Assembly: GCA_964016885.1 (NCBI GenBank)
Contig: OZ024743.1
Location: 241,366,001-241,430,000, forward strand
Source of the DNA: Eledone cirrhosa
Taxonomy: Eukaryota
Direction of reading: 5' to 3'
Length of the DNA: 64,000 bases
Part shown: positions 52,763 to 64,000 of the stretch, piece by piece
Layout: each line of letters begins with the position of its first letter
Numbering within the stretch: position 1 is the first letter of the stretch
Notes under the pieces: generated by a model
What the model saw: only the letters and a program-made list of their open reading frames with translations
The model's database searches: none
Told to the model about the DNA's origin: nothing
Made by a program: the position numbers and the translations under genes

Positions 52763-53500
52763 TGTAGTAAATCTACGTTTAACGCTGCGCGTTTAACACT
52801 GGTTTGATACACGGCTTTTCTTCTTTGAGACAATATCTTAAGTTGGATAACACTAAATTATTATAATTCCTTGCCATGTCAGAAGGAATAATCGAAACTT
52901 ATATATATTCTCGCATAAATCCGAATTCTTCGTTCAACCTAAATGGAAAATTTACTTTTCTTCATAGTCTTCTCGAAACACTGAAAAACTTTTGCGAAGA
53001 CCACAATGTAAAACTTTGCCGATGATTGATTCCACTCCAAGCCACCCCTACAAAATGATTCCGACTTTTCAGACCTCTATTTCTTTCGAAGTAGTTAACG
53101 TAGCACCGCATATCTCTTCCTTACTTCAACCCACGTATCACTGTGTCATTTCAAATCCAAGGCCTACTACCTCTTTCAAACAACTTGAAATAAATCGCCA
53201 AGATAAACAACTTATGGATCTTTGGCAAAACTGCCATTTAACGAAGCCTTGGATAATATCAAATAAGACTGGGATAAAGTAACCAAAGCCTGCATAAGAA
53301 GAATTTGATAGAAGCCAAGGAGAGAAGCGTGTAATGACTTGCTGGAATTTCACGAAGAAATAATACCAGAAATCACCAATAACCTTGTTGAACCAGCCAA
53401 GAAATAATACTATCTGTCATCGAAAACATTGTTGAACTAGTTAAGAAATACTACCAGAAGTCATCAATGCTATTGAAAAGGAAGAACGCAACATGTCAAA
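52763..53500 (+). mobile_element. Tigger/pogo-like DNA transposon remnant
   Basis: KTLPMIDSTPSHP (LLxxDNxPxHP), SSLLQP..HCVIS..KAYY and EALDNIK*DWDKVT match the DDE_1 pattern across frameshifts. Tigger-like terminus tagtaaatctacgtttaacg. Confidence 0.65.
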
Positions 53501-54094
53501 GTGAAAAATTTGGAGTCTCATAGGAAAATCTTGTCTGTGACAGAAATGCAGGATTAGCATAGCAACACATGGACAATGAGTCTATAGTGCTTACTGCAGA
53601 ACGAGTAATACCTGACAGAATTCTTCCCGCTGAAATGCTTTAGAAACTACATCACCAGTACCAAAGAGATCATAAGCCAGTTTACTCGGAGCATAGCAGC
53701 AAAACCAGATTTTTAGTTATATTATACTTCTACCCGGAGCTGCTCTACGAGAAAAATATAAAAAATATAGGGCATTAGATTCGTTCTTCGTAAAGCAGCT
53801 AAGATAAAAAGACGAAGAATAGTCTGGTTTTTCTTTAAGATCAAACCTCTTCTCTCCCAATTCTCACTTTTGCTTTTTAATTGAATTAATGTTAAGTAAA
53901 ACTGTGTAGTCGTGGGTATGTATGTATGTATGGTCCCGTAATCCTAACAGAGTCGTAGATGTGCCTTATTGACATACAACGTTTCTAGGGCCTTTTTAAA
54001 CCTCTCATCTCCAGGTCTGGATTCAGCAGATTTCTTCCAGAGAAGGATAGAGAGAGTGAAAGAAAGGAAGTGAGAAAGAGATATAGAAGAAGAA

Positions 54095-54255
54095 TCGACT
54101 CCAGTACATGACACATACTATTTTATCGACCTTAAATGGATGAAAAGCAAAGCTGACCTCAGCGGAATTTGAACACAGGGAGTAGAGCGTCGGAACGAAT
54201 ACTTTAGAGCATTCTATCCGATGACATTGTAACAACTCTGCCAAATTGCCGCCTA
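54095..54255 (-). mobile_element. SINE, same family
   Basis: ttttatcgaccttaaatggatgaaaagcaaagctgacctcagcggaatttgaac...aacaactctgcca. Confidence 0.75.
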
Positions 54256-54540
54256 CACGTGGGCAAAGTTGAGTAATCTAACATAATTCATAATTTAATT
54301 ATAATAATAGATCTCAATATTTCTATATAATCCCAAATAGGATGTTAGTTCATATGATCTTCTATAGTTATGATGAAACCAGAATACGGGTTTGATTAAT
54401 TAAATGTTTGAAACGGGTGATATATTTGATCTGTGTAAGTATCACTGTTAAACATTGCCTGGTATCTCTGTTTCTGCTATATTATAAGGAGCATTTATAG
54501 CGCTGTTTCATTTAAGGCATCTAAAACGCGATCAATGCTA

Positions 54541-54672
<132 letters not shown>

Positions 54673-54725
54673 GAAGAGAATGGGGAAGATATGCAGTTAG
54701 AGAGAGAGGGAGCGTGTGGAACCTA

Positions 54726-54773
<48 letters not shown>

Positions 54774-55121
54774 GGGGGAGAGAGATAGAGAGAGAGAGAG
54801 ATGTAAAAGTTTGCGTTTTTCTGCTGTAAATCATCATTTCATATACGTCTATGCAGACACATAGCCACCAATAGATATGTTCAAAATCATTATCATCATC
54901 ATCATCGCCATCACTATCCACCATGTCCCTCTCTATATCATCATCAACAGTAACAGCAGCAACATAAACATCAACAACAGCAATAATTACCGTCATAATC
55001 ACCACCGTCGCCATCATCGCCCCTCTCTTCCCCTCCACATACAATTCATCGTCGTAAAATAATAATATTAATAATAATAATAATAACAATAATCAACATC
55101 ATCATAATCCTCGTCATCGTT

Positions 55122-55157
<36 letters not shown>

Positions 55158-55470
55158 GTTCATCATGGTTGTGGACGCACCAAAACCCAATCAAATGTGA
55201 ACGGATCACCATTAAGATAACTACACAGTAACGTTTATTCTGTTGTCATGACAACACTCTATGTACCTTGAAGAAGTCACTATTAAGTATTAATATCACA
55301 TTCTATACCAAATCTGTCACATCTCACTATAGCATAATAGCGTTACCGTGACAACTGATTGACACTGACGTACTGTATACTCAATATAACGTACACATAT
55401 ATAATATTATATTACATTATACATACCAGCAGTCTTATATAAGTGTGCAGAAACACACACGCACACACAC

Positions 55471-55540
<70 letters not shown>

Positions 55541-55626
55541 GTATATACATATATATATATATATACATGTATATACATGTATATACTATATATACATATA
55601 TAGTATATACATTCATATACACGCAT

Positions 55627-55710
<84 letters not shown>

Positions 55711-56341
55711 ACTGCCCCCTCGTTATCGAGTATGGCCATTGCACGATATACTATTATTAATAATTATTAATTAATTCTATCGTGCAATGCCTGTGCGTGA
55801 ATATATTTTTTTTAAATGAAGAAAGACTGTGCACTGAGCCAATCCCACTCTCTGAGCGACAGTAGCCATAACCCGAAAAGAAGAAAAGATCAACATCATC
55901 GGTAACTACTTGGCCGCAGGATTTATATCGGCGTTATCCAGGTTTCCTGAGTTGCCTTCTCCGAGAAAAATGCCCTGAGAAAGGCTAGGGGTCCTTCACT
56001 TCCAGTGGTTTAACCGCGCGATTGGGTGTCCAGCCCGACTATTTCTATGTCTCCGCACATATACATACACATGCACCCATGTATATACAAAGGGTGGAAG
56101 AATTCATAAGAGTCAACGGCCATCCAAAAGTGTGTAAATATGTATATACACATGTACATATGTATGTATACGTATATGTGTATATGCATGGGTGCATGTG
56201 TATGTATATATATTGCTTATACATTCATATACACACATGCATATATATATGTGTATATATGTATCCATATGTATATCAAATATATATGCATATACATATA
56301 TATGTGCGTGCGTGTGTCTGCGTGTGTCTGCGTGTGTCTGC

Positions 56342-56374
<33 letters not shown>

Positions 56375-56469
56375 ATGTGTGTGTGTATGAGCGTGTGTGT
56401 GAGTGAGTGTGAGTGTGTGTGCGTGTGTGCCCGCGCGTGACATTCAGTTCACATCCCACCTAGGACAAC

Positions 56470-57040
56470 TTTGTCATTCATCCTTTGGTTTGGATATGTC
56501 ATAAAAGACAATCTTAAAGTTCTGATAATTTATATGAAGTATTGGTAGTCATTGGCTGAAGGCTACAAATGATGGACAATGACCATCAAGAACGGATGTG
56601 ATGTTTTTTGAGAAAGAGCGAATGGAGCATGCTGCTTTGAGACGTTCACTCCGTAAGCAGAACCCATATGCAATGCCTGCAAAAATCCAGCAGGAATTGA
56701 GGTGCATTTTGTGTCGACGACTGGCTCTATCAAGAGCTGGTTGTGCCAAACATCTAAAGTCACATGAATCAGGGAGGAATTGAACCACTTGTAAGATGGT
56801 TTGACCGCTATGCTCTCTGCAGTACATTTGCAATGAGTGCGACATATTTTACGTCAGCTGGTGGACGGCCACACATGGTAGAATGCATGAAGACAGACTT
56901 CAGCCAGTAATGCCAAGAGTCAGACAGTTCAGTGTCATATCTGGGAACATGCTTGCAAAACAGCAGCTGATCTGAAAAGTCACCTGCAAGCACATTATCC
57001 TGCAATCTCCAGTGAAGGGAGGGCACACTTCTGACAAGAA
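56470..57040 (+). mobile_element. RTE-like LINE 3' fragment with C-terminal zinc finger
   Basis: KDNLK...W...IKNGC..FEKERMEHAALRR...CILCRRLALSRAGCAKHLKSH. Confidence 0.6.
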
Positions 57041-57153
57041 ATAGCAATCAATATATATATACGTACTTATATATATATATGTACATACATGTATACACAC
57101 ACACAAACACACACAAACACACATATATATATATATATATACATTACGCACAA

Positions 57154-57200
<47 letters not shown>

Positions 57201-57242
57201 TGTACACACACCCACACACACACATATATATATATACGCGGA

Positions 57243-58592
57243 GAAGTAAAATAAAGGAGAACAGACCGTTAAAACATGTTTATTTAAAATAGCACCTACG
57301 TACGTTTCGCCCGAATGGGCTTCTCAAGGGCATAATAACTAAAAAGCGTTCCTTACATGACTCGGAATGGGTTTTTAGAGAGAAGTTCACGTCAGAGTTC
57401 ATTCTTCGTAAAAAACACGTTTTGATTTTGCAGTAGGTCAAGGGAGATAACTCTGGTCGGTGTTAGGGCAGTCTTTTCGGGACAAACTTTTTATCCGATG
57501 CAAGCATGTGGTTACTCCCTTACCATTGCCGATACGCACAGGGTCAGGTATGCAACGTATGTTTCGAGACGTTTGTGTCCTGCGCCTGCCCACCTGGGTC
57601 GATTCATGCCGGGTCTGGGATGCATGGTTAGTTTCTGGATGTTTTTAGCAGTGCCTGCCCGCCGGGGTGTTAAAGCTTGGTGCAGGGAGACCCGGTTTAT
57701 GGTTTCACTCCTCGTTCTTATTCCATCTGAAGTAGGATATTTTTAAGCGGTGTGTACAGGTTATCGTCGTTTCAGCTCTACTGTTGATGAGCTCGTGGGG
57801 TGCCATTATGGTGTGGTAGAGCTCCATGAGGCAAAGCTCGCACTTCCTCTTGAAGTTGTACGGTGCAGCTCTGCCGACAATTTCCCAGTGTGTGGAGAAG
57901 CTGATGTTTAAGTTTTTTAATGCTGTGATGTAGTTCGCGAGCGAAGTGGAGTGTCTTAATTTCTTATTTGCGAAAGAGTGGAGATGTGTTCGAAATCTAA
58001 TTTTGAACGGGTCAGAGGTAGCCCCGATATAATGATTAACGCTATTATGGCTAGTTACGGTGTACCAATATATAACCCTATCAGTCAAGCAGTTTCCCCT
58101 AAGGGGGCAGCGTCCCCTGTCGCGGCAGTTACAATTTCGGTCGCGGTCCCTTCTAGCTCCCCCGGTAAGGCTATTATTATTGCTATCTACGTTGTTACCT
58201 ACGCTCCCACATCTGTCATTAGCACCATTATAACCCACTGTGCGCGGGGTGGTATCATTATTATTCCGCACGCAGCAGCGTCTTGCGTTGCCGCCAGGTG
58301 ACCCGCACGGGTCACCTGCATATTCCCCAGTCATGTCGCGGTTATGTTGGTTGCGTCTGTAGAGGCTGTTGCCAGCACTATTGGATGCTGCTAGGGAGTC
58401 GTTAAGGCCGATATAGTTGTTGTCAGGTGTAGGTGCGTCTATGCTAAGGTGCTGTGTCTTGGTGATCTTACTGTGGTTTGTTGTTCCTATGATGTCTTCT
58501 AGGTTAGGAGTAGTAGAGAAGGATATTTTTATATTGTTCCTATTAAGGACTTTCCTATACCTATGATTGGGTGGGAAGTTCTTCCCTAAGGT
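57243..58592 (-). mobile_element. 5'-truncated PLE with CxCx5C linker and GIY-YIG endonuclease (Hydra-clade-like) plus pLTR
   Basis: KNFPPNHRYRKVLNRNNIKISFST; ORF 57705-58334 has CNCRDRGRCPLRGNCL..VIY...YIGAT..FKIRF..H...CELCLME...INSRAE...CTH. HHR at 57295-57331. Confidence 0.9.
57295..57331 (-). ncRNA. Minimal HHR-like motif with palindromic stem III
   Basis: CC-CUUGAGAA-GCCC-AUUC-GGGC-GAAAC-GUAC-GUA-GG; the first core box deviates from CUGANGA. Confidence 0.6.
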
Positions 58593-60930
58593 TTAAGTTT
58601 CAATATTTGTGTCTTTTTTTAAGATTAAGATGTCCAGAAATGGGAGTTGATCTTGGCTGTATTCCATTGTGAACTGGGTGTGGCTATTGATGCCGTTAAT
58701 AAAATTTTTGAAATCATTCAGTTGGTCGAGTGTGTGGGACCAAATAATGAGACAATCATCCAAGTAGCGTTTCCAATTCTCTGATAAATATTTGTGGAAG
58801 TTCAATCCGTATTTTGATTTTGACTGTTGGAGCAGCTTTTGTACCCATCGCAGTCCCCGGTATTTGCTTGTAAGTACTGCCATCGAAATCAAAAAAGTTG
58901 TTCTGTAAGATAAATTTTAATCGCTCGGTGATGAAGCTTTTTTCTATTCTGTCAGGTATCTCATTGGGATATTTCTCTAGCCACAATCCTATTGCTTCTA
59001 GTCCGTATTGGTGTGGGATCGTTGTGTAGAGATTCACTACATAGAAAGAAAATAATAGTGTCGGTGTTGACATGTTTGGGGAGGTGGTTATAAGAGGTCC
59101 AGATCGTCTCTTACAAGGCTTGGTGTGTGTTTGAGAATTGGTTTTAGTAATATGTCTATAAAGTTGTTTACTCTGTGTGTTTCATATTGCGATCCCGCTA
59201 CAATTGGTCTTAATTTAAGGTCTGTGGGGTATTGTATGTTCACGCAAGTTGAGGTGGATTGTTTACAGGCATCGTTAGTTATTTTACACTTGTGGATCTT
59301 CGCAAGTCCGTAAAGGTTGCTGGTTTTGTATTCAAAATGTGTTAAATAATCGCGTTCCTTTTTAGTTAAGTCTTCCTGGTATCGATAAATCAGTGTGTTT
59401 AATCTGGTCATCGTTTTTGATTGCTGGTAGTTTTTTTACTCTTTCATAGTAATTAGTATTTTGTAAGAGAGAGAACATAGCATTTTTATATTTTTTCAGC
59501 ATCCATAATGACGACAGTACTTCCCTTGTCCGCTTCCTTAATTATAACCTCCCATTCCCTTTGACTCGTGTTGAGTTTGGGTTTAGGTTGCGGTAGTTCA
59601 TGGTATTGGAAAGTAGCTAGGTGTTCACAAAATTTGTCCATAACTCTGTTTCTACCTTTTGTTGGGTTGTAGCTGCTTTAATTCCGTACAATTGATTGAT
59701 CGTTATTCTCCTTGTCAAAAAATTCCTCCGTGAGACGCAATTTTCTACAGAAGTGTTAGATATCGTCATTTATCTCATTGAGGTTAGCGTATTGTGGTGT
59801 TGATGTGAATTTCAGTCCTTTGGAGAGAATTTTAACTTGTTGGGCTGAGAGCTTTGTATTTGAAAGGTTGATTATTTTCGGTTTTTCAAAATCGGTTTGT
59901 GCCACGGGGTGTCGTGGGTCCTGTAGCCTTGGTCTAAAAAATGATTTTTCTGGAATTTTTTTTGATGGGTATTATTATATCTAATGGCATTTCCCCTGTT
60001 GTTGTGTGGTCTTGTGTAGAAGTTTCGGACGTATCGAGGTTCGGTTTGTTGATAGTCCGGGTTTTATATTTTGTTCCTTTGTGTGGGTTGGGATCTACGA
60101 TTTTGGAAAAGGTTTTTGTGGGATGTGATCTGCGGATCGGATCCTGTCTTGTGTTGGGGATCTTCTGTTTTTGTTAGTAGGGTTATAGTTTTGTGTATGG
60201 GTTCTGGGATTATCATCATAGTCTTGCTGGGGGTATGTTGGACGTTTTGTTACTTTTTTTGTTATTTGTTGTGCATGTGGTGTGTGAGTTTTAGTTTGTT
60301 TTAAAAATGAGTTACCTGTATGTTGTTCATTTTTGAAATCCATTTCGTAGTTGTTGAACCATGTGGCGGTTTTTTTCCCATCGCTGGAGGGATGTTATTT
60401 CTTCATCCTCACAATTTTATTTCCAAAATTTTAAGGTTTTTTCCTAGAGTACGCCTTCAGAGTGCCTTGAGATTTCTGTTTCCATCTGTTGGTTGAGTAA
60501 CTTGAATTTTTCTTCGTTGGAGTTGGCTCTTAACCGCAACAGTTCTATTTCTATTTTAAATTTTTCTAACGCCATCTTTTCCCTAAGATTTTGTTGGTTT
60601 TCTGGTTCATTCGGGATGGCCTTTATTTGGAGGGTTTTTTTTTGGGGGGGGGGGGTAATTGGGGTAGAGTTTAGCCACTTTTCATATATGTCTGTCTTGC
60701 CATTATTTTTTAGGAGATTCCAAAAGGCGAATTTGCGGGCTGTGAGCTTTTGAGTCCATATATTGATTAGGGTGTTTTTCACTGAGTGGGCTTCTCGTAG
60801 ATTGGGTTCTAATGGTAGTTCCAGCTTTTGGAGTATTGCTGTTTCAATGGTTTCGATTAGTTTAGTTAATGCTGGAGTAATATTCGTCTCTTGGGTATTT
60901 TGTGTTACTTCGTGGGGTCCTTTTTTTTAT
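58593..60930 (-). mobile_element. Neptune-like PLE: N-terminal region plus RT, frameshifted and truncated in the thumb
   Basis: IKEADKGSTV, NLYGLAKIHK, LRPIVAG, VNLYTTIPH, YKQIPGTAMGTKAAP, WKRYLDDC, FTMEYS...LPFLDI. Confidence 0.9.
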
Positions 60931-60964
60931 AGAAAACATACGTTAATACTCTAACACCTTAACA

Positions 60965-61306
60965 AGCTAACCCCCCCCCCACACACACACATAACTCCCT
61001 TCCCCATTTCTACGAACGGAATCAATTTCCTATACACACACACACACAATATATATATATTCTCTTCATCTTAACATGCTAACCATACTCCCACACACAC
61101 ATCACACCCATACAGACACACATAACCCCCCCCCCCCCGACACACACACACAAATACAATTCTCTCCCCCATTTCTACAAATAGAATCACTTTCCTACAC
61201 ACATACACACACGCAAAATATATATATTCTCTCCATCTTAACATACCCTGCCCCCCACACACATAACACAAATCCCTCCCCCATTTCTACTAATAGAATC
61301 ATCTTC

Positions 61307-61342
<36 letters not shown>

Positions 61343-61350
61343 ACACACAC
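60965..61350. repeat. Compound minisatellite, about 3 units
   Basis: ccccatttctac..a..gaatca..ttcct-(ac)n recurs near 61002, 61167 and 61279. Confidence 0.75.
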
Positions 61351-62036
61351 AAGCACACAAATAAACATACATATCTCTACGTTCTTTATTTCAATAGAAA
61401 GTCTGAAATCTGACACCCCAGCGAACCAGCCATATTCACTGAACCAGAACAATTCTCCCCATCCCATTTCTCTTGACCATTATCTTTTGTATGTCATAAA
61501 ATTCTCTAAAAGGCTACAAAATAAATTCCCAAATAGGGGCGCGATATTTAATGAACTTCTTCACGTGACAGTCATAATTTCATTTATAACCAATCAAATT
61601 ACATTTTTAAAAAAAGCCTTCGTGATCCACTTTTTTAAGTAAAAAGAAATTCAAACAAACTGGCGCGAAAGCTGATGTGCTTATTCCCGTGACTGCATCA
61701 ACCAACCAAACTTCACTCATATATGAAAAAACAACCTCAGCCCCATCCTTATTCACCAACCAATCAAATTACTTCTCTAAAAACCTGGCGTTTCGAGCCA
61801 CTTTTTTCAAAGACCAACCAGATGTGAGAAAAACCACAGACCCTCCATCTCAACTCTACTTTTGAAAAGCAGAAGAACTGCGAAACCGGTAAAGGAACCA
61901 AATAAATATATATATATTTTTTAAAAATAAGACTCTAGTTGCATTTTCGATTTCATCTTTTTTCCTTATACATTCACTCGTGTAGGACACCTCAGTTATT
62001 TTCATTTTGTAAAGAAAACCTCACTTTCTAATATAA

Positions 62037-62090
<54 letters not shown>

Positions 62091-62091
<1 letters not shown>

Positions 62092-62756
62092 TGAATAAAA
62101 TTAGTCCTTCATCAGTGATCTTCCAGCCTTCATTGGTATTTCATCACTTTAAAGACCATATACCTCTGGTTGGTGCGAGCAACGGCTAAAGAAAGTCGTT
62201 GGGACACGTAAATAGGGGGAACGAGCGAGACAGTAAACAAACAAAGATGGTAATGCAACGAAAAGTGAGGAAGAAGGAGTCAAGTCCCTGAAATCGATGA
62301 ACATAAGTTCTGTGAAATCGTGGACGAGAGAATAAAGACCATCCAACCTGGTCGAAATGTGAGAGAGGAAAGAATTTCGCACAGGTCAAAGGGGGGGAAG
62401 TGATGGAGAGGGAGTAGCAGAGAGTGAGTGAGTGAAAGTGTGAGGAAGAGGCTAACAGAGAGAGTGACTGGCCGAAGGGGTAAAAAGAAAGTGAGAGATA
62501 CAGAGAAAGGGGAAGCAGTAAGAAAGAAACAGACGGGTCACAGCGGAGGAAAATATATAAATATATGAAAAAATAGCGTGCTGCGTCGTTGCAAATGGGT
62601 TACATATGAATAAAATTAATCCTTCATCAGTGATCTTCCAGCCTTCATTGGTATTTCATCGCTTTAAAGACCATATACCTCTGGTTGGTGCGAGCAACGG
62701 CTAAAGAAAGTCGTTGGGACACGTAAATAGGGGGAACGAGCGAGACAGTAAACAAA
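62091..62756 (-). mobile_element. Non-coding element with ~150-bp terminal direct repeats (62091-62240 / 62606-62755), in (TA)n
   Basis: Repeats nearly identical, period 515 bp; contains CTGATGA on the minus strand; no meaningful ORF. Confidence 0.85.
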
Positions 62757-62783
62757 GAAAAAGGGTATATATATATAAAATAT

Positions 62784-63109
62784 GAGTAGTTAAGATGGGA
62801 TTATTTTACCATAATTGTTTATTGCATGATATACATGGTTATGCATGTGACTTCATCGGATGCTTAAGCAATCATACGTACAGTAGGTGCAGTTATGCAA
62901 TCATTTGGACATGCTGCTGGCCATGTATAACTATCCTCTAGTGATGGCAACAGTCATATTTATACATGGCCAGCAGCATATACCAATGATTACATAACTG
63001 TACCTATGATTGCGTAAGAATCTGATGAACTCATATGAATAACCACGCAACAGAAATATATATCATGTAATAAAGCAATTATTGTGAAATCATTTCGTCT
63101 TAACTATTC
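62784..63109. repeat. Imperfect ~325-bp fold-back with CTGATGA...GAAA motif
   Basis: atgctgctggccatgtataa / ttatacatggccagcagcat inner arms and gagtagttaaga / tcttaactattc outer arms; ctgatga at 63022. Confidence 0.75.
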
Positions 63110-64000
63110 TTATTTGATAAATGAATACTCCGTCACTCCTAATCACCAACTCATACCTGGGATAAACTACTGACATGAAGTGCTTTTGGATCGCTCGGAC
63201 CGGTTTATCCTCAAGAAGTTACGATGTAACAACTACTTATAAGCAACATTACTTCTGCAACATACATATATATGTATATATACGTATATTCATATTTCCA
63301 TATATATACATACATACCCCGCCACACATACGCGCATGAATATACGTGCATATATACGCACGAAAGTAGCCCTTCGAATGCACACAAACACCCACATACG
63401 CCCACATACACAAACAATAGGGGCGATGCTTATATATATATCCATTATCTCACAAATCACAGCAAAGACTATATTTTTTGTCGGATCGCCAGTCGGAAGT
63501 GCAGATCGATATTGGAGTCGGATTCATAAATTCTACGTGTGACCCTGCGCTACTCCTCTGCAAAACATGCGTAATACAATAACAAATTCAACACATGTAA
63601 ACGAAACTTCATCGTTTTTATTAATATAGACACTCTGCTGTGCATCGAGTGCTCGTAATTCACTGAATCACATACACTGCATATATATATATACAGGTAA
63701 AACTTGAACCGTTAAGGTCTCACTCCTGGATATGTCAATATTTATAAAACAAACTTTGTATTTTATCTGATGTGTGCGTACCAAAGTTTTGTTACCCTTG
63801 AAATATATATAACAGAATAAATATGGTTTTATAAATATAGTTTCCATTTATTAATATCATATATATTATAAGTATGTATACATACATACATATATGTATA
63901 CAGACGTACAGTAGTATGTATATATATACATACATGCACACATATATATATATATGTACGTATGGATTTACCGAACATTTATTATAATGCTTGGTTTGTT

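Overview
This is an AT-rich, microsatellite-saturated animal genomic window. The RTE 3' tail and SINE motifs resemble those I recall from Octopus, but that assignment is inference. I find no supportable host protein-coding gene, rRNA, tRNA or CRISPR array; almost all ORFs in the track are (TA)n, (CA)n, (TTC)n or (GGT)n artefacts. The window is a transposon graveyard: a CRE-like RLE LINE end, RTE LINEs (one nested in another with an 8-bp TSD), mariner, Tigger/pogo, Chapaev3-like and Helitron remnants, tRNA-derived SINEs, and a 7.3-kb GGT/AGT cryptic satellite with higher-order duplications. Penelope-like elements (PLEs) dominate, as RT fragments, GIY-YIG fragments and many pLTR tails with hammerhead-ribozyme (HHR)-like motifs, mostly embedded in (TA)n. 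The most interesting signals are three. First, a multi-copy family of ~200-bp non-coding fold-back elements whose hairpin axis lies just 5' of an HHR-type GAAAC, a geometry repeated in other families. Second, a conserved ACTC...TATTGAGTAC 3' stem-loop shared between families. Third, a ~515-nt non-coding unit present as circularly permuted copies, as expected of a retrozyme-like element.
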